From an uncultured delta proteobacterium (GTDB lineage: Bacteria; Myxococcota_A; Polyangia; Fen-1088), in the NCBI GenBank assembly GCA_963796685.1, contig CAWCMR010000010.1, positions 96,001 to 160,000 on the forward strand: a DNA stretch of 64,000 nucleotides, written 5' to 3'. This document shows positions 32,698-44,771 of the stretch, piece after piece. The notes beneath the pieces were generated by a model that saw only the letters and a list, made by a program, of their open reading frames with translations, was not told where the DNA came from and made no database searches. The translations under genes and the position numbers were made by a program. Each line of letters opens with the position of its first letter. Position 1 is the stretch's first letter.

Positions 32698-33047
32698 TTA
32701 TGCGGAGCGCTCGATTATGCGGAGTTCAACCGTCCCCAAGTCCCGAGGCTCGCGTGTCCTGCGGACTGGACCGTCGCTGACTCCGCATAATATCAAGCCG
32801 ACGTCACCCAGGAGCGGAGGTCAGCGGTGTCTTGCTGGGCATCAGCGATGCGATGAGACGGTCCGGCGGCCGGAAGCGCCCGGGGCGTAGTCGGAGGGGC
32901 ACGATGGACTCGATAGCCTCGATCTTCTCGGTCGGATCGGCCTGCAGGTAGATCTCGGTGGTCGACTGGCTCGTGTGTCCGAGCCAGAGCGACACCTTGC
33001 GGAGATCCCCGGTGGCCCGGAGCGTGTCCAACGCGCATGTGTGCCGC
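32698..33047 (-). mobile_element. RIT-B terminal fragment (terminal repeat plus 3' tail of its third recombinase)
   Basis: Matches 48497-48846; encodes TCALDTLRATGDLRKVSLWLGH..TTEIY. Confidence 0.88.
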
Positions 33048-33166
33048 TTATGCCGTGCTCGGCATAAGCGGCATTATGCCGAGTCCCCGGTTATGCCGAG
33101 TTGCCCGCCATTGCATGCAGGAATCACGGGGACTTCGGGTTCGCTTACGTGCGCGACTCGGCATAA

Positions 33167-34165
33167 TCAAAGGCTCTGTAGGAAGGCGAGGAGCTTGTCG
33201 TCGGGGTGGAAGCGAGCAGGTCGCGCTGCCGAGGGTGCTGTCTTGGCCAGCGCCCGCTCTTTGAGCTGGAGACTGGCAGCGAAGTAGATCTGCGTGGTCT
33301 CGACCGACTCGTGACCAAGCCAGAGCGCGATCACCGAGCTGTCGACACCGGCTTGAAGGAGATCCATTGCCGTCGAGTGGCGCAGCACGTGCGGAGACAC
33401 ATGCTTCTCCCTCAGCGAGGGGCAGCGGATCCGAGCGACCTGCACGTGTTTCGCGAGCAGGTACTCGACGCCGTCGCGACTGAGGAAACCGCCCCGCGCG
33501 TTGGGGAAGAGGGGCTCGGTCCCGGTGGCGGCACGTTCGCGCAGCCACGCCCGGAGGACCGAGACGGCCTCTTTGCGCAGGGGCGTGCAACGTTCCTTGC
33601 GGCCCTTGCCGAGGCAGTGAACGTACGCGCCGGGTCCGAGGACCACGTCCTGCACGTTGAGCGCGGCCAGCTCGGATACGCGCAGCCCGGTCTGAACGGC
33701 CACAAGGAGCATGGCGCGATCGCGCCGGCCGGACCATGTGGCCTTGTCGGGAGCTTCGAGGAGTGCGTCGATCTCGGGCCGGGACAGGAAGTGGACGAGC
33801 TCGCGATCGTATTTCTTGCCCTGCATGGCCAGAACCCTCTGGATGACGGCGCTGTAGTCGGGCGCCTGGAGGGCGGCGTACTGGAAGAAGGAGTGGATCG
33901 CCGCGAGCCTGGCGTTGCGGGTGCGCGGAGAGTTGCCGCGGTCCTTCTCGATGTGATCCAGGAACGCGCCAATCGTTGGTGTGTCGAGGTCGTCCAGTGC
34001 GAGCGCCGAGGGAGTCTTCTTCAGGTGCTGCTTCGTGAAGGCCAGCAGTAGGCGGAAGGTATCGCGATAGCTCTGCACTGTATGTGGACTTGCTTGACGC
34101 TGGCGCAGGAGATGGTCCACGAAGAAGGACTCAAGCAGCGCAGGGAATCCGTGGGAGGGCTTCAC
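33167..34165 (-). CDS. RIT-A third tyrosine recombinase
   Basis: TGLRVSEL, GKGRKER, SPHVLRHS, WLGHES..TTQIY. Confidence 0.93.
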   Translation of the reverse strand: MKPSHGFPALLESFFVDHLLRQRQASPHTVQSYRDTFRLLLAFTKQHLKKTPSALALDDLDTPTIGAFLDHIEKDRGNSPRTRNARLAAIHSFFQYAALQAPDYSAVIQRVLAMQGKKYDRELVHFLSRPEIDALLEAPDKATWSGRRDRAMLLVAVQTGLRVSELAALNVQDVVLGPGAYVHCLGKGRKERCTPLRKEAVSVLRAWLRERAATGTEPLFPNARGGFLSRDGVEYLLAKHVQVARIRCPSLREKHVSPHVLRHSTAMDLLQAGVDSSVIALWLGHESVETTQIYFAASLQLKERALAKTAPSAARPARFHPDDKLLAFLQSL

Positions 34166-35097
34166 GGCGACGTCCTATCTCGCTCCAGGAGCGACATGGC
34201 GAGGCTCATCAACTCGGGCACTGCGGTCAGGTACCAGTAGGTATCACTGACGTGGGTGTGCCCGAGGTAGGTCGACAGCTGCGGCAGGTGCCGCTCCACA
34301 TCGACTCCTGCCCGGTACCAGCGCAGCATGGTGTCCACGGCCCACCGATGCCGAAGGTCATGCAGACGCGGCCCATGACCGTGACGACCTTCAGGACCAC
34401 GAAGCCCAATCCGGCGAGACAGATGGACGAAGGTGTCTTCTGCAGTGTTCTTCACCACCCGGGCACCTGTCTCGCCGACGAAGAAGCTTCTCGTCCGTGG
34501 TGTTGGATGAACGCGATCACGGAAGCGTGCGTACCGGCAAAGTGCCAGTTTCGTCGATCGATGAATGGGCACCAGCCGGGTCTTCCCGAATTTGGTCCGG
34601 CGGATTGTCAGGATCCCGCCTTCGAGGTCAACATCCTCGCGGTCGAGAGCGATCGCCTCGCTGATCCTCAGACCGGCCACGGTGAGCAGGCCAAGCAGCG
34701 TGACGTAGGTCTGAGCACGAAGCCCCGTCTGCGATGGGAGCCGTGCCGCCGCATCCATCAGCCGCATGATCTCGTCCTCGCTGTATATGTAGGGGCGCTT
34801 GCGTTGATACCGAGCCCGGAGGAGCCCGAGGGCAGGGACCTCGGTGCGAGAATCGGTGGCGCGCCAATACTGTGCAAAGAGCCGGACCGCCGATAGCCGG
34901 CTGGCCCAATACACGGGCTGGGTCTTGGTCGGCCGCACGGCCCATTCGACGACCAGATCGTTGGTAATGAACGGAGCCTTCCGCTGCTCCATGAAGGACA
35001 CAAATTGCAGCAGTAACCGCCCCGAGCGGTCGAGCTTGTAGCCCAGACGGCGTCGCAGCGACAGGTACTCCTCGGCGCCCTCGCGGAGCGTATTCAT
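34162..35097 (-). CDS. RIT-A second tyrosine recombinase
   Basis: GLRISEA, TKFGKTRLVP, HDLRH, YLGH..SDTYWY. Confidence 0.93.
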   Translation of the reverse strand: MNTLREGAEEYLSLRRRLGYKLDRSGRLLLQFVSFMEQRKAPFITNDLVVEWAVRPTKTQPVYWASRLSAVRLFAQYWRATDSRTEVPALGLLRARYQRKRPYIYSEDEIMRLMDAAARLPSQTGLRAQTYVTLLGLLTVAGLRISEAIALDREDVDLEGGILTIRRTKFGKTRLVPIHRSTKLALCRYARFRDRVHPTPRTRSFFVGETGARVVKNTAEDTFVHLSRRIGLRGPEGRHGHGPRLHDLRHRWAVDTMLRWYRAGVDVERHLPQLSTYLGHTHVSDTYWYLTAVPELMSLAMSLLERDRTSP

Positions 35098-36325
35098 CGC
35101 CTGCCTCCTGGCCATGCAGGAGCGAGCGCACGTAGCGCATGGAAGTCTACCTTCGCGTAAATCGTCGTCGTATCGGCTCGACGGTGTCGCAGGACCTGCC
35201 CGATCTCGGTAAGGGTCGCTCCTCGGCGCAGCATCGAGCAGGCGAGCGCATGGCGGAGGATGTGCCCGCCTTTGCGTGGTGGGTCCAGTTCGGCGCGTTC
35301 CAGCGCTCGCTTCACGATCGTACAGACCGCGCCCGTGGTTGCGAAGCCACGCCGCGGCGCTCTCGCGCGGACGAAGACTCTCCGGCACGAGCATGCTGGG
35401 CGGCCATGGCGCAAGTACCGGGCGACGGCCTTGCCGACATCGGACGGCAACGGGAGGACGTCTTGCCGCCCACCCTTGCCGTGGACCCGCAACGTGCCTG
35501 CGGCCCAGTCGAAGTCTGCCAGATCCAGGCTCACGACTTCTCCACCGCGGAGGCCGAGTCGTGCCATCAGCATAATGACCGCGTGGTCGCGCAGGCCGGC
35601 TTCGGAGTTTCTTCGTCGACAGCGGCGCAACAGATGCTCGACGTCGCGCGCGGGGATCGATTTCGGCACCGTTGAGAAACGCCAGCAGGCGACCGCGGGA
35701 ACCGTGGCCGCGAGGTCTGCAGCCAGGGCTCTTTTCACGTGCACCCACCGCAGAAAACCGCGTAGGGCGGTAACCATCAGAGCGGCTCTCTTTGGATGGA
35801 CCACGTGAACATGCCGGACCAGAAATTCACCCGCATCCTGGGGCCCGAGCGCATTGAGGTGCACCTCCTGCCGTCGAACCGCTCCAGGAGGAACGAGCGG
35901 ACAATGGGCAGGTAGTTGATCTGAGTCAAGACGGACAAGCCGCGGTCCACCAACAGATACCGGCCGAACTCACTCACGATCCGCCCGATCGCAGTGTCAT
36001 CGACCTTGACGGGCGCTGGCGGCGCAAGACCGGCGGAACGGACCCGTTCAAGGACATCACGCAATGTCGCTGCGTCTCCACGCCGGGGTACGCAGGGATG
36101 GCGCCGGACAAAGCGGGCTACGGCCTGCTCGTCGACCTCCTCGACAGTCAGTCCTCGCCGTCCAAGCCAGTCTCCGAACTTCGCTGCCAGGCGCACCTTG
36201 CACGCCACGGTCGCAGGCGGATATCCCCTCTCAGTGAGCGTTTTTGCAAACGTGTCGAGGTGCGGACCCAAGGGGCCAGCGCGCAGTCGTTGCCATTTCA
36301 GAAAATCGTCGTGCATCCGGGGCAT
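35094..36325 (-). CDS. RIT-A first tyrosine recombinase, 1-bp frameshift near 35865
   Basis: Matches 49014-50246 except GGAGGTG versus GGAGGGTG. Confidence 0.88.
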
Positions 36326-37557
36326 GTGTCCTCCTTCGGCCCGGTGGCCAGAAGGAGACGACGACGCCCTGGTTATGCCGAGTCCGCAAGCCCACCTGCC
36401 GAGGAAATCGCCGTTGATCGCGCCAGATCGAGAGGCTCACTCGGCATAACCGGGGACTCGGCATAATGGCGCAAGACGTGGGCGCCTTTGAATGGAAAGG
36501 TCAGCCGCGCACGCGTGAAGGCCAGTCGGACAGCGGCTGTCACAGCCGAGGAGCTGAGCGGCTGGCCCACCGGCAGCTGGTGCCGGACGAACATGTGACG
36601 ATCGTCGGTGTGCGGCCGGCCGCGGCGTAGGTAGTCAACCAGTGCGCGCCCCACCGGTGCGGGCAGCGGCAGGACACTGGCCCGCCGCTCCTTTCCGCGA
36701 CCGACTCGCAAGGTGCCCGCCCGCCAATCCACGTCATCGAGCAACAGCGCAGCGACTTCGCCGGCCCGCAAGCCAAGCCCAGCCATGCACGAAACCATCG
36801 CGTAGTCCCGCCGTCCAGTCGCCGCGGTCAAGTCGAACGACGCAAGCAAGGCGGCGAGTTGCTCGTCGGACAGACCTCGGGGAAGATTCCCTCGGCGCCA
36901 ATGCGCCACCTTGGGAACAGCGGCTGCCAGTGTCCCTTCGCACAGGCCAGCGACTTGCGCAAATCGAAGGAAGCTACGCAACGCCGTTCGGACAAGCCCC
37001 GCCGCGCCCGGCGAGTACTTTCTGGTCTGCTCCGACACGAAGCCAATCAATTCCTTGGGCCCAAGCCGGCGCAGATCGATCTCGCCAGTCCCGTAGAGGG
37101 AAACCAGAAACCGACGAACGTGCAAGACGTTGCCCTGGCTGGTGGCATCGGTCACTCCGCACGTGTTTTGTCGGTAGGTCCTGAAGGACTCGAGCATACG
37201 GTCCACAGGCGTCTGCACTGGCCGCTGTGGGGGGGTGGCTACGCCCTGTGCGCGCAGCACGGCCAACACGTGGTCCAGTGCCGCCCGCATGTGACAACGC
37301 AACCCGTGTGGCACCCGACACTTGCATCGCGGGAGGTGCCCTTCCAGGAACGACGCTAGGGTAACTTCCCCCACCGCGTTCGGGCTGATCCTTTTGAGAT
37401 CTAACCAATGGGAGAAGTGGCCGGCTGCGCACAGGTACGATTGCCCGACTCTCGGTGTATGACCGCGCTTCTCCAAATGCGCAGCGACATCGTCAAGGAT
37501 CCCGCCCAGCGCTCCGCCGCGAAGGCGAGCCAGCACATAGTCATAGGTGAAAAACTT

Positions 37558-38968
37558 GGCTCTCCTGACATCTTCGTAAAGGGAGATCTCGTAGGTGCGA
37601 CGCACGTCGCCGACGGAGATGTGGGCGGCATGAGTTCCGGGTGAGGTGGAGACGAAGTGCGCACGGGCACCTGGGGTATCGTGTGGCTTGTCTGGAACCC
37701 ACAAGCCCAGGAGCCCATGCGCGCAACCACCCTATTCCGAAACCTACTCCAATTTCCACATACCCGTGTCCTGGCGGTCGAATTCGATCTGCTTGGCATA
37801 TTGGTGCACGTGGCGCCAACGACGACCGTTCCCTACTGTTCAGGCTGCGGATGTCGGGTCCATGACGTGTTCGATGCTCGGGCTCGGAACTGGCGGCATC
37901 TGGACGCGTGCGGGATGGAGGTTCTTCTGCGCTACACCCTGCGCAGGGTTGACTGTCCTCGGTGCGGCGTGGTCATCGAGATGGTCCCTTGGGCCGAGCC
38001 GAAGGTCGGCTTCACGCGTGACTTCGAGGACCATGTGGCCTATCTGGCCCAACAAGCAAGCCAGACGATGGTGGCCGAAACCATGCGCATCGCGTGGCGC
38101 ACCGTCGGCGCCATCATCCAGCGGGTGGTGCCGCGGCACCGAGATCCTAGCCTTCTCCTCGAGGACCTCGAACACATCGGCGTCGACGAGTTGTCGTACC
38201 GGCGGCACCATGAGTACGTCACCGTCGTTGTCGACCACGTCTCGCAGCGGGTCGTCTGGGCACACGAGGGCAAGAACGCTGCGACGCTCGGCTGCTTCTT
38301 CGACGCTCTCGGCCCGGAACGAACCAGCAAGCTCAAGACCGTCACCATCGACATGTCCGCGGCCTACATCGACGCGGTCACCTCGCGAGCGCCACAAGCG
38401 CAGATCGTCTTCGACCGCTTCCACGTTCAGAGACTCGTGCAGGAAGCACTCGACGAGCTCCGGCGTGCGGAGGTCCGACTCCTGGAGGACACCGACGAAC
38501 GCGGGCAACTGAAGAAGACCAAGTACCTTCTGCTCAAGAATCCGTGGAACCTATCCAGGGCCGAGTCTGAGAGGCTTTCGACCCTCCCGAAGACCAATGC
38601 CCGACTCTATCGCGGCTACCTGCTCAAGATCGCCATCTGCGACATCCTCGGTCGTCGCCAGGTCAACGTCGTCAAACAGAAGCTCGAAGAATGGATCAGT
38701 TGGGCCAGGCGATCCAGACTACCTTCCTTCAAGAAGGTCGCCGCGACCATCAAGAAATACCTGGACGGCATCGTGGCCATTGTCGCCACAGGGCTCAATA
38801 ACGGAAGAACCGAGGGCCTTAATGGCAAGATCAGGGTCATCACCCGCAGGGCCTATGGCTTCCACAACGCTCAAGCCCTCATTGGCTTCATCTTCCTCTG
38901 CTGCTCAGGCGTTGTCCTTCATCCCGTCTTCAAGGTGCCCGCGCTTCCATGAAGATGTCAGGAGAGCC
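37558..38968 (+). mobile_element. ISL3-family insertion sequence
   Basis: IR GGCTCTCCTGACATCTTC / GAAGATGTCAGGAGAGCC; flanks AAAAACTT and AAAAACTG (7/8 match, target duplication). Confidence 0.93.
37717..38952 (+). CDS. ISL3 transposase
   Basis: CxxC zinc finger, IGVDE, IDMS, DRFHV, EGLNGKIR..RRAYGF. Confidence 0.95.
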   Translation: MRATTLFRNLLQFPHTRVLAVEFDLLGILVHVAPTTTVPYCSGCGCRVHDVFDARARNWRHLDACGMEVLLRYTLRRVDCPRCGVVIEMVPWAEPKVGFTRDFEDHVAYLAQQASQTMVAETMRIAWRTVGAIIQRVVPRHRDPSLLLEDLEHIGVDELSYRRHHEYVTVVVDHVSQRVVWAHEGKNAATLGCFFDALGPERTSKLKTVTIDMSAAYIDAVTSRAPQAQIVFDRFHVQRLVQEALDELRRAEVRLLEDTDERGQLKKTKYLLLKNPWNLSRAESERLSTLPKTNARLYRGYLLKIAICDILGRRQVNVVKQKLEEWISWARRSRLPSFKKVAATIKKYLDGIVAIVATGLNNGRTEGLNGKIRVITRRAYGFHNAQALIGFIFLCCSGVVLHPVFKVPALP

Positions 38969-39107
38969 AAAAACTGCTCCAGCATGAGTGCTCCTTCCTG
39001 GCCAACAGGCCATCAAGAGCGCCCAAGACTATGCTGACAAACAGAACCCACCAATTCGAGCGACCCACCGGGAAATCCAGCACAGATCGCGTGCGGGTCA
39101 CGAGCAA

Positions 39108-39160
39108 CTCAGCATAATCCGAAACTCAGCATAGGACGGTCTATGCTGAGTTCAGCATAG
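39108..39160. mobile_element. RIT-C terminal repeat, 6-mer and 20-bp palindrome
   Basis: CTCAGCATAA-TCCGAAA-CTCAGCATAG / GACGGT / CTATGCTG-AGTT-CAGCATAG. Confidence 0.8.
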
Positions 39161-39757
39161 TCCATCCATCACGATGACGTGGAAGTGAACATTCAGATTC
39201 AGCGACGACCCGAACCGTTGCACGACGGTGAGGCTTCCGGTCTGCAGTCGGCCTCGAAGCTTGCGCATGCGTGCGCGGCGGCGGAGGTCGGAGTTGATGG
39301 CGCTGATGAATGCACCTAAAACCACGCTCGTGGCGTCGGGTGAATAGGCCATTTTGAAGCGCAAGGCATAGGGTAGCGAGAGCACATATTGCCGAGCAGG
39401 CACCTGGGGAAAAAGGTAATCTACGCAGAAAGCTGCCGTGTCTGCCATGCGGCGGCCAAGACAGCTCGGGCAAAATCCACGCCGCTTACACGCGAACGCC
39501 ACGACTCTGCTGTGCCCACAGTCTTTGCATCGGACGCGAAGAAGGCCGTGCACGAGGATGCCACAACGAAGGTAAGCCTCGATCTCGTCAAGCACGAAGG
39601 CGGGCAGCTCGCCGCCTCCTGATTCCAGATCTGCCAGGAACGTCGCCCAGTGTTCCTGTATCGTTCGATAAAGCAAAGTCGCTTCGAAGCTATGCCGCTC
39701 ATACGAGCCCGCGGGCGCGTGGGTGTGACAGCTTGCTGCTGGTTGCGTGGAAAGCAC
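39161..39757 (-). pseudogene. IS91-like transposase A, N-terminal fragment (Zn-binding domain and HUH motif)
   Basis: YLRCG...CKRRGFCPSC...RQYVLSLP...QRFGSSLNLNVHFHVIVMDG, then cut. Confidence 0.9.
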
Positions 39758-40230
39758 CAGCGGAAGTTCTCGGCAACACGGAGATACTTGTTGCTAGCGG
39801 AACGGGCCGACGACGAGACCTGTCAGGCCGACAGGAAGTGATGGATGCGACCTCGCCTAGGCCATAGGCGATTCGAAGAGGTCCTTTTTGAGCGTCGGAG
39901 AACCCTGCCGGACCGCATCGGCGCTGCCACGAGCACTTCTGCGTAGTGCGCTTGACCGGGTTTCTGGGGCCTGACGGGAGCTTTCTCAAGCACGCAGGGC
40001 AGTCTACTGCATCCCGCCCTTGTCGACGTGCCGTCAGTTCAGCCAGTCTCCGCCCTCGCCACCAGATTGCGAGGGAGGTGGTCGTGCGGGCCAGAGTTTT
40101 GGGGCGTCGGTGGGTAGCCTCATGGCAGACAGGATTTTCTGAGAAGCTGGCTCCAAGAAATGTAGTGCGAAAGTGGCAGTGAAGGCTTGTCCTTTTCCTC
40201 GGGTGTCGCCACGGCGGGGACGGGGACGAC

Positions 40231-40380
40231 TTGGGAGGTGGGATGATCGCGGCCAGTCTGGCAATGAGGGCCAGCGGCGCAAGTTCGATCGACGAGGTGG
40301 CGCCAGACCAAGGCCGCTTGAGCTCCAGCCTCACGAGTTTGTCATCCAGGATCTTCAGCCGGGCGTCGTCGCGACCTCGA
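40231..40380 (-). pseudogene. Additional IS91-like transposase internal relic
   Basis: RLELKRPWSGATSSIELAPLALIARLAAIIPPP. Confidence 0.65.
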
Positions 40381-40483
40381 CCTGTGCAACGCACAAAGAG
40401 GCCCGGAGAATGAAGGCTTCTCCGGATCTCGATCCGAACCCTTCATTTCTCATCCGTCTCTGTGTTCTCTGTGTCCTCTGTGG

Positions 40484-43400
40484 TTAGAATCCGGAAATTG
40501 CTCGGGTTTCAAACCGTTCGGTGCTCCACAGCACCTTCCCGTCTTCCTCGCTCCCCGCCGCGCCTTCCTCGCCGGCATCCTCGTCGTCCTCGGACAGGCC
40601 GCTTTTGCGGATCAAATCGAGCAGATCGTCGCCGTCCAGGCGATCGGCGGCGTCGGCGCCATCAAGGATGCTGGCCGCGAGCTGGCGCTTTTCTTCGTGC
40701 AGGGACAGCACGGCCTCCTCGATGGTTCCGCGCGCGACCATGCGGATGACGGTGACGGGACGCTCCTGACCGATGCGGTGGGCGCGGTCGGTGGCCTGAT
40801 CTTCGACGGCGGGGTTCCACCAGGGATCCAGGTGGATGACATACGTGGCCGCGGTCAGGTTCAGGCCGGTGCCCCCCGCGCGCAACGAGAGCAGGAAGGC
40901 GTCGGCGGTCCCGGCCTGGAAGGCGCGCACGCGCTCTTCACGCTCCGCCGCTGGCGTGGAGCCGTCGAGGGTCAGGGTGCGCAGCCCGGCCTGGGTCAAG
41001 AGTGGCCGCGCCAGATCGAGGAAGCTGGTGAACTGGCTGAAGACCAGGGCGCGATGGCCCTCGTCGCGTAGCTCGCCGAGCAGCTCGACCAGCGCGGTCA
41101 GCTTGGCCGAGCCGGCGGTGGCTTCCTTGACCACCAGGCGCGGGTGGCAGCACAGAAGGCGCAGCCGGGTGAGCGCGGCCAGGATCTTGATCCGCTGTCG
41201 AGCGTCGTCTCCGATCGCCGCGGCCGCGCTCTTGGCCAAGCTCTCCAGAATCTCCACGCGCGCGGCCTCGTACAGACGGCGCTCGGCGGGGCCGAGCTCG
41301 ATGGTCTGGTTCATTTCGGTGCGCGAGGGCAGCTCGGGCGCGACCTCGGCCTTGGTCCGGCGCAAGAGAAATGGGCGCACCGCGCGCGCCAGGGCAGCCT
41401 GCCGTTTGCCGTCGTGGTGGCGCTCGATGGGCAAGGCAAAGCGCTCGCGGAAGCGCTCCCACGAGCCGAGCAGGCCGGGCGTGACCAGGCGGAAGATGGC
41501 CCACAGCTCGCCCAGGTGGTTCTCGATGGGCGTGCCGGTGAGGGCCACGCGAAAGTCCGCCTGCACGTCGCGGACCGCGCGGAACCTGTGCGTGAGCGCG
41601 TTCTTCACCGATTGCGCCTCGTCGATGATCAGGGTGGAAAACGCAATCGCACCCAGCGCCTCGGCATCGCGCACGGCAATCGCATAGCTGGTCATGAGGA
41701 GCACACCTTTGCCCAAATTCTCCAGCAGCGCCGCGCGGCCGGGGCCGCGGTAGATGCGCGGCGCAAGCCCGGGGGCGAACTTGGCGCATTCGGCGGCCCA
41801 GTTGGCGACCACCGAGGTGGGTGCGATGACCAGCGCCGGTCCCAGCTCGGCGCGATGCAAGAGCAGCGCCAGGGCCTGCACCGTCTTGCCGAGGCCCATG
41901 TCGTCGGCGAGGCACGCGCCCAGTCCCCAGCTCGGCCAGCCGCGCCAGCCACTCGAATCCGCCGATCTGATAGTGGCGCAGCGTCGCCTGCAGGCCATCG
42001 GGCAGCGCCGCCGTCTCCGTGCGCGCGGCCTCCAGCTTGCCGAGCACGGCGCGGAACGCGGGCACCATGTCGAGCTGGCTTCGATCCTCCACCAGCTCGG
42101 CCAGCACCGGCGCAGCCAGCAGGCCGAGCTCGATCGCACCCTGGTTGTCGAACACCACGTCGTCGAGCGCGGCCAGCCGCTCGCGCAGGTCGTCCTCCAG
42201 CGTGGCGAAGCGGTGTGCGTTCAGCCTCACGTAGCGCCGGCCCGCCCGCACCGCAGCCAGCAACTCGGACAGCGGTACACGCGAGCCGTCGAGCTCGATC
42301 CCGCCCTCGGCGCCGAACCAGTCGCGCCGCCGGTTCACCTGCACCTTCAGCGCCGCGGGCGAGACGTGGTCGACGCGGATCTCGCCCGCCGGCCACTCGA
42401 CCTCGGCCAGCTCGGGCACGCCGCGCAGCTTGCGCAGCACCTCGAGCGCGTCCCCGTCGTCGGGAAGATCCCAGCGCCAGGCGCCGTTGGCAGTGGCCTC
42501 GTCGAGGCCGAGCACCCGCACCAGGTGCGCCGCACGCTCGCGTTCGGCGCCGAGCGCGCGCAGGGCGTGCAGGTGACGCCCGTCGCGTGCGTGCAGCACC
42601 TCGGCCGTGCCTTCGCCGGGGTGAAAGATCGGACCACTCTCGATGGGCCGTACCGCCATGTCCAGCCGCACCCCGGCCTCGGGTAGGGGCTCCAAACGGC
42701 ACAGCGTCGTGGCGGGAGGCTCCACGCGCTCGCCGCGCACCGACTCGGGCAATTGTAGATTCGAGCGACCCCTGCAGCCGCGGCAGCCGGCCCACGAGCT
42801 CGGCCAGACCCTCGGCGGGCAGGTTGACCGGGAATCTGGCCATGGCGTTCAGCAGAGCGGTCGTTTCAGGCTCGAGCAGAGTCAGGAGACATCGGTTGTT
42901 CTTGGCGTCCAGCCACACCCCATGCCGACCGTCCGTGGCCGAGCTGAGCAGGGCGGCCGGTTCGATCTCGGCGTGCCCAAGCCCAAGCTTGAGGCGGAAG
43001 CCGCCTTCGACAGGTTCCACCTTGAGCGTGGGTCGCACCTTGCGCACCGAAATGGGCACTGTGCGCGCAGGATCCGCGAACACGCGCGACGAGCCGGCCA
43101 GTGCGGCGAGCGCTCGCCAGACCTGGCGCGGTGTCTGTTCGCGGGCCGGGTAATAGTACCCGCGGTTGTCGCGCGAATACATGAGCCCCTCGAATGCCTC
43201 CCGATCGGCGACATCGCGCAAGAGCTTCTCGTTGCGCTCGAGCACATCGAGCTTGACTCGCTGGCCGCGCCCCCAGGTTCCGCGCTTGCCCAGTCGCTGC
43301 AGGACGGGATGGATCGCCAAGCCGTGCTTGCTCGCCAACTCCCAGACCAGACGCTGGCCCTGGTCGACCGCGGCGGGCGCGGTCTTGCCCAATCCCGCAT

Positions 43401-44622
43401 CGAGGTGATCGAGCAGGCGCGACCAACCTGGCACGCGCAAAAGCGGCGCCAGGGCCTCGGCCAGCGGATCCGCGGGATCGCGCAAGGCATCCAAGCACTC
43501 CTGGAGCGCCGTCGGACCGTGCGGGCAACGCGAGGGTTCGTGGCAGCGCGTGCACTCCAGACGCAGAACGCCGCTTTCCCAGGCAGCCAAGTGCAGGAAA
43601 AGCATCGTCTCGCCTTCGATGTTGGGCGTCCGCCCCTCGGAGACGGCCCATTCCCGATAGCTCAGGGTGAGCGCATCGGAGCCCACATCGATCCGTCCGG
43701 GCAAGAAGGTGCCGACGGGACGCGGCATGGCCGCGGCCGGCAGAAGCTCTTGTTGCCGTCGCAGGAGATCCTCGAAGCGTCGCAAGAAGGGATCGTCGAG
43801 AGGTCGGGCACGGTCGGAACGTTCGGCCTGCCGCTTGCTCGCGATGGCCACCGCCTGCGCCGCGCGGTGCAGGTGGGACTTGGCCATCCCTACGAGCTGG
43901 GAAGCCAGCGTGGCGCGGAAGTGCCTTGGGGCCGTGAGACTGGCCGGCGTGACCAACACCGACTCGCGGATGGTGCCGGGCAGTCCCTGGATTGCGAATC
44001 CATAGAACGAACGTCGCAGTTGGTCGAGGTTCACCTTGTCGGCGAGCCGATCTTTTACGCCGTATCGCTCGGCCCAGCGGTCCAGCGCCTCGGCATTTTG
44101 TGGCGGTGCCTCGACGGCGGGCAAGCTTTCGCGTGGCCTCGGCGGTGGCAACAGGTGCAAAGGATGGGCATCGGTGGACGACTCGAGCTCCTCACCGACG
44201 TAGGGAACAGGGTCGATTCCATCGTCATCGTCATCATCGTCATCGCCGGCTTCGATGTCATCGTCTTTGTCGTCGCCGGCTTCGATCTCACGGTGGACGT
44301 TGCCATCTCGCTCGCTCTGCGCGTCCGCCAGGCGTGAGCCGGGTCCGGCGGCGTGCATCTGCAGCCAATGCCACAGATCCTCGAGCACTAGTCGGGCGAT
44401 CTCAGACGAGTATCGATTGGCGAGCAAACCCTCTGCCTCGTTGGTGCAAAGGTCGCGGAGGCGGCCACTCCTCAGGATGCCGGCCACCGTGCTCACCGCG
44501 CTGACGACCTTGCGGGAAGACCCATGAGAATCGAGAAATTCTCTGACAGATAGGTCAAGCGCCGACGCGTCGCCGGTGACTTCCAGCGCTGCGGGAATGG
44601 CTGCGAGGCTCTTCGGGATCAT
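40484..44622 (-). CDS. SNF2-family helicase with SWIM-like zinc finger, two frameshifts (about 42750 and 41925)
   Basis: CTRC...CPH; LADDMGLGKT, DEAQ, TGTPIEN, VFSQF, GGTGLNL, QATDRAHRIGQ. Confidence 0.88.
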
Positions 44623-44771
44623 GACGGGGTTCTTTATCGGGCAGAGAGGCGCGTCAGTTGCCTCCCTTCTCGGTTATCACATCTGGCCCGCGTTGGGCGA
44701 GCAGCAACTAACGCTGCGCGAGAATGGTGTTTGGGCGATTCGCAGCTCGCCTCGGTTTCTTCAAGCGACCG

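Larger units (their letters stand above)
33074..36466 (-). mobile_element. RIT-A element, copy 1
   Basis: 27-bp terminal IR TTATGCCGAGTCCCCGGTTATGCCGAG; three overlapping tyrosine recombinase genes. Confidence 0.93.
36467..38985 (-). pseudogene. RIT-C first recombinase, interrupted by ISL3 near codon 5-6 and truncated at LRH by RIT-A
   Basis: Removing the ISL3 gives AGGAAGGAG RBS then MLEQFFTYDYVLARLRGG...LGLRAGEV...GAHVLRH. Confidence 0.82.

Noticed and set aside
33101-33166. RNA-guide idea for RIT targeting (short segments between inner and outer binding boxes)
   Set aside because: By eye I found no convincing complementarity to the target sites; protein-DNA recognition is sufficient.
34162-35748. 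528-aa versions of the second RIT-A recombinase (also 49592-51178)
   Set aside because: The N-terminal extension overlaps the first recombinase out of frame; the real start is the ATGA overlap at MNTLREG.
36373-37704. 443-aa intact integrase in the ORF track
   Set aside because: Chimeric read-through: the N-terminus comes from ISL3 and the C-terminus (YAESPVMPS) from the RIT-A end; the catalytic Tyr region is missing.
40484-44622. Programmed frameshifting in SNF2 or the GH57 gene
   Set aside because: No slippery heptamer noted, and similar indels occur in unrelated genes.
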